Source of the DNA: an uncultured bacterium
GTDB lineage: Bacteria; Fermentibacterota; Fermentibacteria; Fermentibacterales; Fermentibacteraceae
Assembly (NCBI GenBank): GCA_964569245.1
Contig: CAZMTK010000003.1
Location: 58,485 to 122,484 of the forward strand
DNA: 64,000 bases
Direction: 5' to 3'
Shown here: positions 9,682 through 19,320 of the stretch, one piece after another
How positions within the stretch are numbered: position 1 is the first letter of the stretch
How the letters are laid out: the number at the start of each line of letters is the position of its first letter
Notes under the pieces: generated by a model
The model's database searches: none
Seen by the model: only the letters and a program-made list of their open reading frames with translations
Told to the model about the DNA's origin: nothing
Program-made: the position numbers and the translations under genes

Positions 9682-10887
9682 TCACCTGGTGGAAACGGCC
9701 GGCGACCAGGTCGGGCAGTAGCACTCGCCGGAATCTGTGATCCTCTTCAGCCTCAGGCTGTTCAGCTCGAGTGCATAGATGGACCTGACGCCATCCCTGT
9801 CGCTCGAGAATGCCAGGTGCCTTCCGGTAGGGCCCCATGCGGGATCCTCGTTGAGGGTGCCGTCGAACGTCACCTGGCGCACCTCCGTCCCGTCGGACTT
9901 CATGACGAATATGTGGATGCCGCCGGAGGCGCGCGCCGCATAGGCTATCATGTCGCCCCGGGGCGACCATGCCGGGCTGTCGCAATAGGGATGCGCGTAG
10001 CTCAGCCTCTCCGCCGCCGCTCCCGTGATGTCCATCACGTAGATCTGGGGAGTGCCTATCCTGTCGGAGGTGAACACCACCTGCTGCCCCGTCGGCGAGA
10101 TGCTGGGCGAGGTTTCTATGGAGTTCCTCGTCGTGAGTCTCGTTAGTGCGTCTCCGGCGGGATCGAAGAGGTAGATGTCCGCATTGCCGCCCTCGGTGAG
10201 CATCACGGCAAGAGCCCTTCCGTCAGGGGTCCAGGCTGGCGTCGAGTTGAGGCCAGGCCGCGCGAGCGCTCTCCTCGCCCTTCCGTCATGCACTCCGTAG
10301 AGCCACAGGTCTCCGTTGTCGGATCGGAAGGCGGTGAAGGCGATCGTAGAGCCGTCGGGGCTCCACGCCGGGGTGGTGATAACCGAGGTGTCGCGCAGGA
10401 GGTAGGTGGGGCCCCTCGGATCGAAGCCGCGCGTCGCGAGGGCGTACCTCCCGCCCGAGCGGGATATGAAGCCGATCAGCGTGCTGGCTATTCCGGTTTC
10501 GCCTGTCAGGGCGTACACCGCGTCGTCGGCGATGGCGTGGACCATGGGATAGAGTTCGCCTTCGACGGCGGTGTACTCCTTGGTGAGCACGGTCTCGCCC
10601 GCTGCGCTGATGACCGCGGTCATCCTGACGCGAGAACCGGAGAGGCCCTCTATCTCCACTTCGATCCTCGCATCGGCATCGCCGGAGCAGGTCAGCAGGC
10701 CGGAGAAGTCGATGTCGTCGCGGAGCTGCGCTTCCGCAGGGCGGACGAGGCTGCGCTCGCCCTCTACCGAGACCTCCACAGGGATCAGATCGGCCCCTAT
10801 GGGCGTCATGGGGATGAAGCCGCCGGCGGAGGAGAGTGCGGCCGAAGCGGTCAGCAGGGCGAAGACGGTCCTCGAGGTCGCTCTCAT
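9682..10887 (-). CDS. tolB: Tol-Pal system beta-propeller protein TolB
   Basis: Signal peptide [19 protein letters not shown], repeated PAWSPDG/PTWSP beta-propeller motifs. The start is taken at M104 of track ORF 9682..11196 and overlaps the tolA stop (ATGA). Confidence 0.9.
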   Translation of the reverse strand: MRATSRTVFALLTASAALSSAGGFIPMTPIGADLIPVEVSVEGERSLVRPAEAQLRDDIDFSGLLTCSGDADARIEVEIEGLSGSRVRMTAVISAAGETVLTKEYTAVEGELYPMVHAIADDAVYALTGETGIASTLIGFISRSGGRYALATRGFDPRGPTYLLRDTSVITTPAWSPDGSTIAFTAFRSDNGDLWLYGVHDGRARRALARPGLNSTPAWTPDGRALAVMLTEGGNADIYLFDPAGDALTRLTTRNSIETSPSISPTGQQVVFTSDRIGTPQIYVMDITGAAAERLSYAHPYCDSPAWSPRGDMIAYAARASGGIHIFVMKSDGTEVRQVTFDGTLNEDPAWGPTGRHLAFSSDRDGVRSIYALELNSLRLKRITDSGECYCPTWSPAVSTR

Positions 10888-11579
10888 TCCTGCTCCGTTC
10901 CCAGGAACTCGATCCTGAGCACGGCGGGGGCGGACCTCCCCGCCGGGAAGGGCGGTATCTGGGCGACCGCCAGGGCGTGCTCCACCGCTCTGTCGAATGC
11001 GGCGTCTCCGCTGGTCCTTATCGTCTCGACCTCGACCGACCCGTCGGGATTCACGGTGTACTCTATCCTGTAGGAGCGCGGGGGCTGGACCGACGTGCGG
11101 AAGTTCCGCCTTATGGCTGTGAACACCCTGCCCTCGTACGTCACCGGCCCTGGTGCGCCTGAGCCGGCTCCGCCGCTCGCGTCCACGCTCGCCCACTGCA
11201 GGTCCGGCGGGCGCTGTTCCGCCGACGGCTCGCTGTCTGCGGGGTTCTCCACTGCTTCGGGGTTGTCCTGGACATCCTCGATCTCCTGGGTCTCCGGGGG
11301 CTCCTGCACCTCCGGCTCCTGCGTGTCGGGAGCCTCTTCCGGGACCTCCTCCGCCATGTCCTCGGGAGGCCTCTCCTGAACGTCCTCGACATCTTCCCCA
11401 ATGGTCGCGGGAGTGTCGGGAGCGCCATCGCGAGGCTGCGCCAGCGTGACCACATCGACCCAGATCGCGTCGCCGCCTCCGGTAGGCACTTCGCTCCTGC
11501 CCGCGGCCGACAGCAGCATCGTCAGCAGGATCAGACCCGCATGGACTGCGGCGGACAGCAGGAGAGTCCGCCTGTTCAC
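10884..11579 (-). CDS. tolA: TolA/TonB-family energy transducer (TonB-like C-terminal domain)
   Basis: N-terminal TM anchor, Pro/Glu-rich linker (PEEVPEEAPDTQEPEVQEPPETQE), C-terminal TonB-fold domain; located between tolR and tolB. Confidence 0.6.
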   Translation of the reverse strand: MNRRTLLLSAAVHAGLILLTMLLSAAGRSEVPTGGGDAIWVDVVTLAQPRDGAPDTPATIGEDVEDVQERPPEDMAEEVPEEAPDTQEPEVQEPPETQEIEDVQDNPEAVENPADSEPSAEQRPPDLQWASVDASGGAGSGAPGPVTYEGRVFTAIRRNFRTSVQPPRSYRIEYTVNPDGSVEVETIRTSGDAAFDRAVEHALAVAQIPPFPAGRSAPAVLRIEFLGTEQE

Positions 11580-11992
11580 GGCTGCTCGGTCCTCCTCGCC
11601 TCCTGCACGAGGCCCACGGACTCGTAGCCGCCCCTCCGCAGCTCCGTGAGCGCCGACGCCACGGCCTCGTAGCGCACGTTCCTGTCGGCTCTCAGATAGG
11701 CCTCCGTCCTCCCCGCGGCCCTGGCTGCCGTGGCGAGGTCGGCCAGCTCGCCCATGGGAACAGGCTCGCCTCCCGCACGAAGGTTGCCGAGGGAGTCCAC
11801 CTCGATCACCAGCGCGACCCCCGGGTCCAGCCTCTCTATGATCCGCCCCTGGTCGCTCGACGGAGGCCTTATGTCGGTGCTGCGGTGCATCACCGGGCCG
11901 GTCAGCATGAAGACGACGAGAAGCGTCATCGTGACGTCGACCAGATTGGTCACGTTGATGGTGGAGAACCGCTGGTGACGGGACCTGATCAA
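11576..11992 (-). CDS. tolR: Biopolymer transport protein TolR/ExbD
   Basis: Reads (M)IRSRHQRFSTINVTNLVDVTMTLLVVFML, the typical ExbD/TolR TM segment. The proposed start is a TTG overlapping the tolQ stop (TTGA); the longer track ORF is an over-extension. Confidence 0.75.
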   Translation of the reverse strand: MIRSRHQRFSTINVTNLVDVTMTLLVVFMLTGPVMHRSTDIRPPSSDQGRIIERLDPGVALVIEVDSLGNLRAGGEPVPMGELADLATAARAAGRTEAYLRADRNVRYEAVASALTELRRGGYESVGLVQEARRTEQP

Positions 11993-12654
11993 ATCGCGCC
12001 CCTCCTGCAGACGTCGACCAGCTCGGAGAGGAATCTGTCTATGTCGCCGGCCAGCGCGTCGATCCTTCCCACGACGAAATTGTGGAAGATGTTGGCGGGG
12101 ATGGCGGCCAGCAGTCCCGCAACGGTTGTGGTGAGGGCCACGGAGACTCCTGCTCCCACCACGCTCAGGTCCGCCGTTCCGGTCTCCTTCATGCCTATGA
12201 AGCTGGTGAGGATGCCCCAGACGGTGCCCAGAAGGCCGAGGAGAGGCGAGACGGAAGTGACGGTGGCGAGAAAGCCTATGTTGCGCTCGCGCTCGGAGAG
12301 ATCCTCCCCGGCCTCGCGCTCGAGGGCGCTCCTGAGAAGGGAAGCCTCGTCGGAGGAGAGCGGCCCGCTCTGTCCCCGATCGGCCCGCCTCTGCAGGAAC
12401 CTGCCTGCCTCGGCGTACATGCGGGCGAGCGGCCCCTTGTCGCGGGCGTCCCGCCAGAAGTCGCCTCCCGGCGGCTTGCCGGTGGTTCGCAGGGCATCCA
12501 TGAAAAGGCGCGAGGAGCTGAGGACCTTCCTGAACTCGCGCAGCTTCGCGAGGGCGACGGCCCACGAGCCGATCGAGAGGAAGAGGATCGCCAGCAGGAT
12601 GAGAGTAGTTACGAAATCGGACTGGCCGACGACCTCGATCACCTTCGATATCAC
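11989..12654 (-). CDS. tolQ: MotA/TolQ/ExbB-family proton channel TolQ
   Basis: Three TM helices and the conserved TolQ/ExbB C-terminal region (LGLLGTVWGI...GLLAAIPA), upstream of tolR. Confidence 0.8.
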   Translation of the reverse strand: MISKVIEVVGQSDFVTTLILLAILFLSIGSWAVALAKLREFRKVLSSSRLFMDALRTTGKPPGGDFWRDARDKGPLARMYAEAGRFLQRRADRGQSGPLSSDEASLLRSALEREAGEDLSERERNIGFLATVTSVSPLLGLLGTVWGILTSFIGMKETGTADLSVVGAGVSVALTTTVAGLLAAIPANIFHNFVVGRIDALAGDIDRFLSELVDVCRRGAI

Positions 12655-13043
12655 CCGCCACCTCCTCCGCAGAATGCCGTCGCCTGTATCTCCACCCTGG
12701 CCCCGAGGGGAAGCGCCGCCACCTGGAAGGCGGCCCTGGCCGGGAAGGGATCGGTGAAGAACTCGGAATATACCTTGTTCACTGCCGCGAAGTCGCCCAT
12801 GTCGGCCAGGAGCACGGTAGTGGTCACGATATCCGACAGGGAGCAGCCGGCCGACGCCAGCACGGCCCTGATGTTGCGCAGCGCCTGGACTGCCTGGGCC
12901 TCCGCGCCTTCCTCGAGCCTGCCCGTGAGAGGATCGATTCCGATCTGGCCCGACAGGAATACCACGTCGCCGGCCCTTACGGCCTGGCTGTAGGGGCCTA
13001 TCGGACGCGGAGCTTCATCCGAGAGAACTGGTTCCGGCTTCAT
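12651..13043 (-). CDS. ridA: RidA/YjgF/L-PSP-family reactive-intermediate deaminase
   Basis: PIGPYSQAV...GQIGIDP...FPARAAFQVAALP, hallmark RidA motifs, 130 aa. Confidence 0.7.
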   Translation of the reverse strand: MKPEPVLSDEAPRPIGPYSQAVRAGDVVFLSGQIGIDPLTGRLEEGAEAQAVQALRNIRAVLASAGCSLSDIVTTTVLLADMGDFAAVNKVYSEFFTDPFPARAAFQVAALPLGARVEIQATAFCGGGGG

Positions 13044-13560
13044 CAGGCCCCTCCGTGCGTTTCTGCTTCAGGCGTTATACATAACCAAGGAGCGAGTTGT
13101 TCCACAAACGGCGCAGGCCTGTCGCCATGGGAATCCGTTATTCCGCTTCCTATTCTGAATGCGACGGCACGAGCGGCCGCTTCCCGGGAGATTCCCGCGC
13201 CGTGCTGATGCGCCTGCATCCGGAGAGTCGTCGAGTTCTTCTCCGCACGGTACCCGGGCGAACCGGGCCGGTCGGCCATGTCCTCACGGCCTCGGCGGAT
13301 GCGTCGAGACGGAGCCGGCGCACCGATGTCCCAGTCGTCCTGCCCGGGGTCCGAGGCTCCGACGGGGCAGGCGGACGAATGCCCGAGGAACCGCGGCCAG
13401 CCATGCCGCGAGGCGAGGCCGTCCAGAAGCGTCAGCCCTCCGATCCGGGTTTGCCGGGAGGCTCGAATGAACAGAGATTAGGACATGCGGTGCACGGGAC
13501 CCGCTCGCGCGCCTCGTTTCTCCGGACGCCACCAGCGGCAGCTCGCCCAGGGAGGAGAGG

Positions 13561-14634
13561 ATGTCTCGACTGACAGCACCACCGAACAGCGTTCCGCTCC
13601 CAGCAGCAGTCCTCATGGCGGTTCTCGCTGCATGCGGCGGCGACCGCAGCACCGCCGGCCAGGTCCAGGGTCTCGTCTCTCCGGGGGGAGAATGGATCGC
13701 ATCGGTGCCGATCGAGGGCGAGCCCGGAGTCTGGGTCGTCACGATCGAGGACTCGACGGGCGGGACCGTGTTCAGGGACTCGGAGTCCGAGCTCTGCGGC
13801 AATCTGAACGTCTACTGGCTCTGGGATTCGCACGACAGGCTCTGGCTGTGGAACAGCGACGACGGGAGAACCTGGATCTGCTACCGCTTCGGCGGCGAGT
13901 GGCGCATCGGACCCTGGAGGGAGGGATGCCTGGCCGAACTGGCTTTCGGCGATCTGGAGCCTCCTGACGGGCTGGTCCCCGAAAGCCTGCGCCCGGCTGT
14001 GGTTCAGTCTCCCGAGGCCGCGAGCGACGAACTGGTCCTCGCCGATTCGGGGTCTTGGTTCGCCTACAGGGTGACGCTGCCCCCGGTCTGCCTCGAGATC
14101 CCGGCTCTGGGCGAGTCGCTGCGCAGCAGCGCCAGAGAGGATCTCCGCAGGTTCCTCGATCAGGCAGCCGAGTCGCGACAGGCGAGCGGTGTCGGCAGGC
14201 CCTCTCCGCCGGGCTTCCTTCACATCGCCGAATACTCCGAAGAGCCCTCGCCGGCAGGGCTGGTCTGCATCTCGATGGAGGGGTACGAGTTCCTAGGGGG
14301 CGCGCACGGCAGCACCTGGCACAGAGCCTTCATCTACGACCTGGAGGCGGGGGCATTCGTCCTCCCGCTCTCGCTGCTGGGAGATTCAGCGTCCCGCGAC
14401 CAGTTCAGGACCGCCGTGACGGACACGCTCGAGCGCAGGCTTGGCGCCGAAACGAGCTGGATAGAGGAGGGCACCGCCCTGGTTCCCGAGAACTACGGCA
14501 CCCTGCTTCCCCTGCCCGGCCCGGACGGCGGCATCGAAGGCTTCAGAGTGGTCTTCGATCCCTACCAGGTCGCGCCCTACGCCTGCGGCGCGCAGGAAGT
14601 GGTCGTAAGAGACCTCGGCCCGCAGTCCCGCTGA
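13561..14634 (+). CDS. Lipoprotein with DUF4163/DUF3298-like domain (RsiV/PdaC C-terminal type)
   Basis: Signal peptide plus lipobox LAACGG. C-terminal GGAHGSTWHRAFIYDLEAG...FDPYQVAPYACGAQEVVV matches my recollection of the DUF3298 signature. Confidence 0.5.
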   Translation: MSRLTAPPNSVPLPAAVLMAVLAACGGDRSTAGQVQGLVSPGGEWIASVPIEGEPGVWVVTIEDSTGGTVFRDSESELCGNLNVYWLWDSHDRLWLWNSDDGRTWICYRFGGEWRIGPWREGCLAELAFGDLEPPDGLVPESLRPAVVQSPEAASDELVLADSGSWFAYRVTLPPVCLEIPALGESLRSSAREDLRRFLDQAAESRQASGVGRPSPPGFLHIAEYSEEPSPAGLVCISMEGYEFLGGAHGSTWHRAFIYDLEAGAFVLPLSLLGDSASRDQFRTAVTDTLERRLGAETSWIEEGTALVPENYGTLLPLPGPDGGIEGFRVVFDPYQVAPYACGAQEVVVRDLGPQSR

Positions 14635-15564
14635 TCAGGCCAGCGCCGCCAGAGAGGCCTCCAGCGCCTCAGCCGAGCCGGTCCCGAGAACCCTGACTCC
14701 GCCGTAGCCCTTCAGGAGCCCCTGGAGAACCGTCCCGGGGCCCACCTCGACGAAGGTATCGAACCCGTCACGCGTCATCCTGTGCATGGTGTCGGCCCAT
14801 AGGACCGGGGAGGTGATCTGGAGGACGAGCAGCTCCCGCACCCGGCGGCCGCTCTCCGCAGGTTCTGCCGTCACGTTTGCGTAGACGGGGATCGCGGGGT
14901 CCGAGAAGGACGTCGCCTCGAACTCCGCGACCAGCCCGGCGGCGGCGTCTCGCATGAGGGGTGAATGCCAGGCGCCGGAGACCTTGAGGGGGACAATGCG
15001 CCTGATTCCCGATGCCCTGGCTATCTCCGCAGCCCTCGCGACGGCGTCCGCGGGACCGGAGAGCACTACCTGGCCCTCGGAGTTGATGTTCGCGATCCCG
15101 GCCAGGCCGTCGGGCGAGGCCTCGGCCGCTATGCGGGCGGCCGTCTCTCTGTCAGTGCCGATCATTGCGATCATTCCGCCGGGGCTGCGGTCGGCGCAGG
15201 CCTGCATCAGCTCGCCCCTGCGGCGAACAAGCCTGAGGGCGTCGGCCTCCGAGACGACTCCGGCAGAGACCAGGGCCGAATACTCTCCGAGGCTGTGCCC
15301 CGCGGCTCCGTCCGGCCTGATGCCCGCCGCGAGCAGCACCCTGAGTGTTGCGAGGCTCACCGCGGTTATCGCCGGCTGGACGTTGTCCGTCCTGGTGAGG
15401 AGATCCTCGGGCCCCGAGTCCATCAGGGCGGTGAGACCGGGCGCTCCGGCCATCCCGTCGACTCGTGAGAGGAGGTCCGAAGCCTCCCGCCTGCTCCACA
15501 GGTGCCCGGCCATTCCCACGCTCTGGGATCCCTGGCCGGGGAAGAGGAACGCCGTCCTTCCCAT
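14635..15564 (-). CDS. fabD: Malonyl CoA-ACP transacylase
   Basis: FLFPGQGSQ, GHSLGEYSAL (active-site Ser), 309 aa. Confidence 0.9.
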   Translation of the reverse strand: MGRTAFLFPGQGSQSVGMAGHLWSRREASDLLSRVDGMAGAPGLTALMDSGPEDLLTRTDNVQPAITAVSLATLRVLLAAGIRPDGAAGHSLGEYSALVSAGVVSEADALRLVRRRGELMQACADRSPGGMIAMIGTDRETAARIAAEASPDGLAGIANINSEGQVVLSGPADAVARAAEIARASGIRRIVPLKVSGAWHSPLMRDAAAGLVAEFEATSFSDPAIPVYANVTAEPAESGRRVRELLVLQITSPVLWADTMHRMTRDGFDTFVEVGPGTVLQGLLKGYGGVRVLGTGSAEALEASLAALA

Positions 15565-15610
15565 GCCACCTCCGATCGTCAGGCGCCCGGACGCCCGGGC
15601 GCGTCGCCTC

Positions 15611-18076
15611 CTATTTTCGGCCCAGCGTCCTCAGCAGCCTGGCCGGCCTTTCCCAGGACCCGTCGGCAGAGAGGGCTCTGCCTGCCAGAAGGGCAGCCTC
15701 GTCATCCATGCCTGCGGTCATCGCCTGCTCGGCAGCCGTACAAAGATAGAGCGAGAGCCACCTGCGGGAGAGTGGCGTGGCGGGCGCAGCAGCGATCTCC
15801 TCGACCGCTCCGGCGGGATCGCCCGACCAGTAGATAAGCTGTGATCGCCTGAGGGCATCCGAGCCGCCGGACATGGCGAGGAGCGTGGCTGCCCCGGGGG
15901 CGATGGTCGCCTGGGGATCGGCGGGAACGCGCCTCCTCATGAACTGGCACGGAGCCCTGTCGTCGGTGTTCAGCTCCTGCTGCGGGCGGCCGAATCTCCC
16001 GTCCCAGTCGGTCGCGAGGGGTTCGAGATAGGAGATGTCGGCCGGGGTGAACGCGCACATGGCAAGCATCCGCCGGGCCTCTGGCGTGTCGAACATCATG
16101 GCCGCGTCGAGCACCAGCGGCCCAGCCGAACCCACCAGCACGGCGTGCCTGCCGCCGGCGAGGTGGAGGGCCCTGTGCGGGAAGACGGCCGCCCACGTGG
16201 CGAGGATCCTCTCGAGGTCCTCGACGGGAAGCTGGTGGAGAGGAAGCCACTGGGCGGCTATCCCTCCGTCCGAGAGGTGCCCCAGCAGGTCCTCGTAGAA
16301 CTCCCTGGTGTAGAGCACCCAGCTGTCGGAGGAGCCCGGGTGGGTGGCGTCGCAGATGACCATGTCCCATCTGCTGCCGCTTCCTGCCACGCAGTTCCGC
16401 CCGTCGTCCTCCACCAGGGTGAACCTGGGGTCGAGATCGGGCCTGCCGTTCTCCTCCTCGAAGATCGGCGAGGCCAGCACCACGGCCGGACAGATCTCCG
16501 CGCAGACCAGCGTGTCCACGGGATGGGTCAGCACGGCACCGGCGGTGATCCCTCCTCCGAGCGCCACTACGAGCACGTCCCTGGCGTCGGGGTTGTAGGC
16601 CCAAGGAAGGTGCCCCAGGAGATTGAAGGCCTCCAGCGACGGCTGGTCGACGGGGACCTCCTCGACGCCGTTGATGCGGAGGCTCCTGTAGCCGTCCCAT
16701 TCCCTGCCGAAGACGGCTACCGTAGCCGTCCTGTCCTCCCTGAAGAACAGGAGGTCGAGTCCTCCTAACGGGGGGGAAGAGCCCGGAGGGTCCGCGAAGA
16801 CCGCCAGCAGAACCGCCGATGCCGGGAGCAGGACTGCTGGGAGCGCCGCGGACCTCCTTCGTGAGGCGGCCGCGGCTGCCAGCGCGACCGCGCCGCCCAG
16901 GGCGGCAAGAAGCGCCGCACCGTCGGTCACTCCCGCCAGGGGGAAGACCAGGCGGGTCGCCAGGAAGGGGCCCAGTCCGGCGCCCAGGGCGTTGGCCATC
17001 GACAGGACGCCCACGTCCGGACCCAGGCTCCCCGGCCTCGTGCCGGCCGCGACCATCAGGGGGAACGTCGCGCCCATGCAGGCGGCGGCGGGCATGATCG
17101 AGAAGAGAGCGAGCAAGTGGTAAGCGGCTGCCGCAGCAGCCCCGCCCAGCCCGATGGCGGAAGGGAGGCCGGGCAGGAAGAGGACGGCCGCCAGCGGCAG
17201 CATCCCTGTCAGAGCAAGGAGCGACTCGGCGGCGGCGAACATTCCCAGCGGCGCTGCCCTGCCGGCGAGCCTCCTCCCGGCGAAGCCGCCGACGCTCATT
17301 CCCGCGAGGACTGCGCTGCCCATGAGGGCGAATGCGTAGGTGCTGTTGCCGAGCAGGAAGGTGAGCTGCCTCGCCCAGACGGCCTCCCATGCGAGGGCGA
17401 TCGCCCCGCCGGAGGCGTACAGAACGCACAGCAGAACTCCGGGCGGCCCGCCAGCCGCCTTTCCGGAGGGCATGGCGTCCTCCCGCCCGCGCACGAACAC
17501 GGAGGACGCGGCCATGAGCAGCGCCGAGGCCGCGAGCGTGAGGCGGGCTCCCAGCGCCTCCAGGAGGACCAGCCCGGCCGCCAGCCCACCGAACGACGCT
17601 CCGGCCGAGTTCCAGGCATAGAGCCTGGAAATCTCCCTGCCGCCCCCCGAAGGAGCGATGACGGCCGCCAGCACCGGTATCAGGCCTCCCGCCAGGGCCG
17701 ACGGGGGAATCAGGAGCGCCGCGGACAGCAGGGCGCGCACGAGCCACTGCGGTAAGGAGCCTGCGATGAGCGAGGGGTAAAGGCCGGACAGCGGGCCGGC
17801 GAGCAGCACTGGGAGCAGGGATGCGGCACCGGAGGCTGCGGCGAGAACTCTCAGGAGAACCGTCGGCCTGGAGGATCTCCCTGCGATCCTGCCGAAGAAG
17901 CCGGAGCCCAGCGCCAGTCCGAGCATCACAGACGAGAGGACCGAGGCGGAGGCGTCCACGCTCCCGCCCACCAGCACGAGCAGAGTGCGCGACCAGGTGA
18001 CCTCCGCGGACAGCAGAGCGGCACCTGCGGCGAACGAGAAGGCCGTCAGTCCTGCATGCCTCCCGCCGCGGCTCAC
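15611..18076 (-). CDS. Spermidine-synthase-like (polyamine aminopropyltransferase fold) protein fused to an N-terminal polytopic membrane domain
   Basis: The C-terminal roughly 300 aa have VLVVALGGGITAG and ICDATHPGSSDSWVLYTREFYEDL, the SpeE-like SAM-fold. The N-terminal roughly 500 aa are multi-TM. The start is taken at a GTG overlapping the upstream permease stop (GTGA); the 1097-aa track ORF is an over-extension. Confidence 0.7.
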   Translation of the reverse strand: MSRGGRHAGLTAFSFAAGAALLSAEVTWSRTLLVLVGGSVDASASVLSSVMLGLALGSGFFGRIAGRSSRPTVLLRVLAAASGAASLLPVLLAGPLSGLYPSLIAGSLPQWLVRALLSAALLIPPSALAGGLIPVLAAVIAPSGGGREISRLYAWNSAGASFGGLAAGLVLLEALGARLTLAASALLMAASSVFVRGREDAMPSGKAAGGPPGVLLCVLYASGGAIALAWEAVWARQLTFLLGNSTYAFALMGSAVLAGMSVGGFAGRRLAGRAAPLGMFAAAESLLALTGMLPLAAVLFLPGLPSAIGLGGAAAAAAYHLLALFSIMPAAACMGATFPLMVAAGTRPGSLGPDVGVLSMANALGAGLGPFLATRLVFPLAGVTDGAALLAALGGAVALAAAAASRRRSAALPAVLLPASAVLLAVFADPPGSSPPLGGLDLLFFREDRTATVAVFGREWDGYRSLRINGVEEVPVDQPSLEAFNLLGHLPWAYNPDARDVLVVALGGGITAGAVLTHPVDTLVCAEICPAVVLASPIFEEENGRPDLDPRFTLVEDDGRNCVAGSGSRWDMVICDATHPGSSDSWVLYTREFYEDLLGHLSDGGIAAQWLPLHQLPVEDLERILATWAAVFPHRALHLAGGRHAVLVGSAGPLVLDAAMMFDTPEARRMLAMCAFTPADISYLEPLATDWDGRFGRPQQELNTDDRAPCQFMRRRVPADPQATIAPGAATLLAMSGGSDALRRSQLIYWSGDPAGAVEEIAAAPATPLSRRWLSLYLCTAAEQAMTAGMDDEAALLAGRALSADGSWERPARLLRTLGRK

Positions 18077-19320
18077 TGGTCGTGCCCCAGGGCTCTCACG
18101 GGTTCGAGCCTCGCCGCCCGGGCTGCGGGGAAGGCCCCGGCGCACACTCCCACCAGAAGGGACATCAGCAGCGCGAGGCCGACACTCCAGGTCTGGAGGC
18201 CGGCCGGGACCGGGGTCACGGTGGAGACCAGCCACGCGAGCAGAGCGCCCAGACCGATCCCGATCGCTCCTCCGGAGAGGGCCAGGATCACCGATTCCGT
18301 GAGGAACTGCACAAGTATCTGGGAGTTCCTCGCGCCCACGGCCTTCCTCAGGCCTATCTCCCTGGTCCTTTCCGTGACGCTGACCAGCATGATGTTCGCG
18401 ATCCCCACCGAGCCCACCACCAGGGCGATCCCCGAGATGGCGAGCATGGCGGCGTAGATCCCGGAGGAGATCCTGGAGTAGGTCTCCATGAGCTGGTCCG
18501 CGGTGACCAGTTCGAAGTCGTTCTCCTCGTCGATCGCCAGTCCGCGCAGCCTGCGCATCGCGTTCTCCACCTCGGCGACGAACCTCGCCATGTCCGTGCC
18601 GGGCCTCGCCTCGACTGCTATCGAGAGGCTGCGCGAGAGGCTCCTCCAGTCGCTGAAGATGGTATATGGCACCACGACGAACCCGTCCTGGGACTGGCCC
18701 ATGATCTCCCCGAGGCTGTCGGTGACTCCTATCACCGTCAGTTCCCTGCCCTCGAAGGTGGCCGTGCGCCCCACCGGATCCAGGCTGCCGAACAGCCTCC
18801 CGGCCACTCCGGGGCCGAGGACGCATACCCTCCTGCGCGAGGCGACCTCGAACGGCGTGAAGAACCTGCCGCTTTCGATGTCCCGATGGCTCACCAGCGG
18901 CCAATCCGAGCTGGACCCGACGAGATTCACGGCGAAGGCTCTCCCGTCCGGAGCCTCGGCCTGGACGAACCAGTCGGCCATCGGCACCGCGGCGAGCACG
19001 TCGGACAGGCCCGCGAGCCTTTCGGCATCGGACACCCTGAAGTCCTCCCTGCGCCAGTAGCGGCGCATCTCCCCGCCGCCGCCCGCCATTATCACGGGCC
19101 TCTTCTGAATGTACACGGTTCCGGCGCCGAACCCCCCGAGAGCGTCGGTCACCTGGTCGTTCAGGCCCTGCACCAGGCTTGCGACGCCGGTGACGGTCAT
19201 GACCCCGATGACGATGCCGATGGTCGTGAGGAGGCTTCTCATCCTGTTCGCCCAGAGAGCCCGGAGGGCTGCTGCGAGATTCTCCGATGCCAGCCTGAGC
19301 GTGCCTCCGAGCCTACTCAT
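18073..19320 (-). CDS. ABC transporter permease, FtsX/MacB family
   Basis: N-terminal TM, large periplasmic domain, C-terminal four-TM FtsX domain with ANIMLVSVTERTREIG signature. Confidence 0.8.
   Translation of the reverse strand: MSRLGGTLRLASENLAAALRALWANRMRSLLTTIGIVIGVMTVTGVASLVQGLNDQVTDALGGFGAGTVYIQKRPVIMAGGGGEMRRYWRREDFRVSDAERLAGLSDVLAAVPMADWFVQAEAPDGRAFAVNLVGSSSDWPLVSHRDIESGRFFTPFEVASRRRVCVLGPGVAGRLFGSLDPVGRTATFEGRELTVIGVTDSLGEIMGQSQDGFVVVPYTIFSDWRSLSRSLSIAVEARPGTDMARFVAEVENAMRRLRGLAIDEENDFELVTADQLMETYSRISSGIYAAMLAISGIALVVGSVGIANIMLVSVTERTREIGLRKAVGARNSQILVQFLTESVILALSGGAIGIGLGALLAWLVSTVTPVPAGLQTWSVGLALLMSLLVGVCAGAFPAARAARLEPVRALGHDQ

Noticed and set aside
15702-17747. 681-aa - strand ORF and several + strand ORFs (16145..16768, 17117..17755)
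   Set aside because: They are alternative frames or antisense within the speE-like membrane gene. They are Arg-rich and lack the hydrophobic periodicity seen in the chosen frame.
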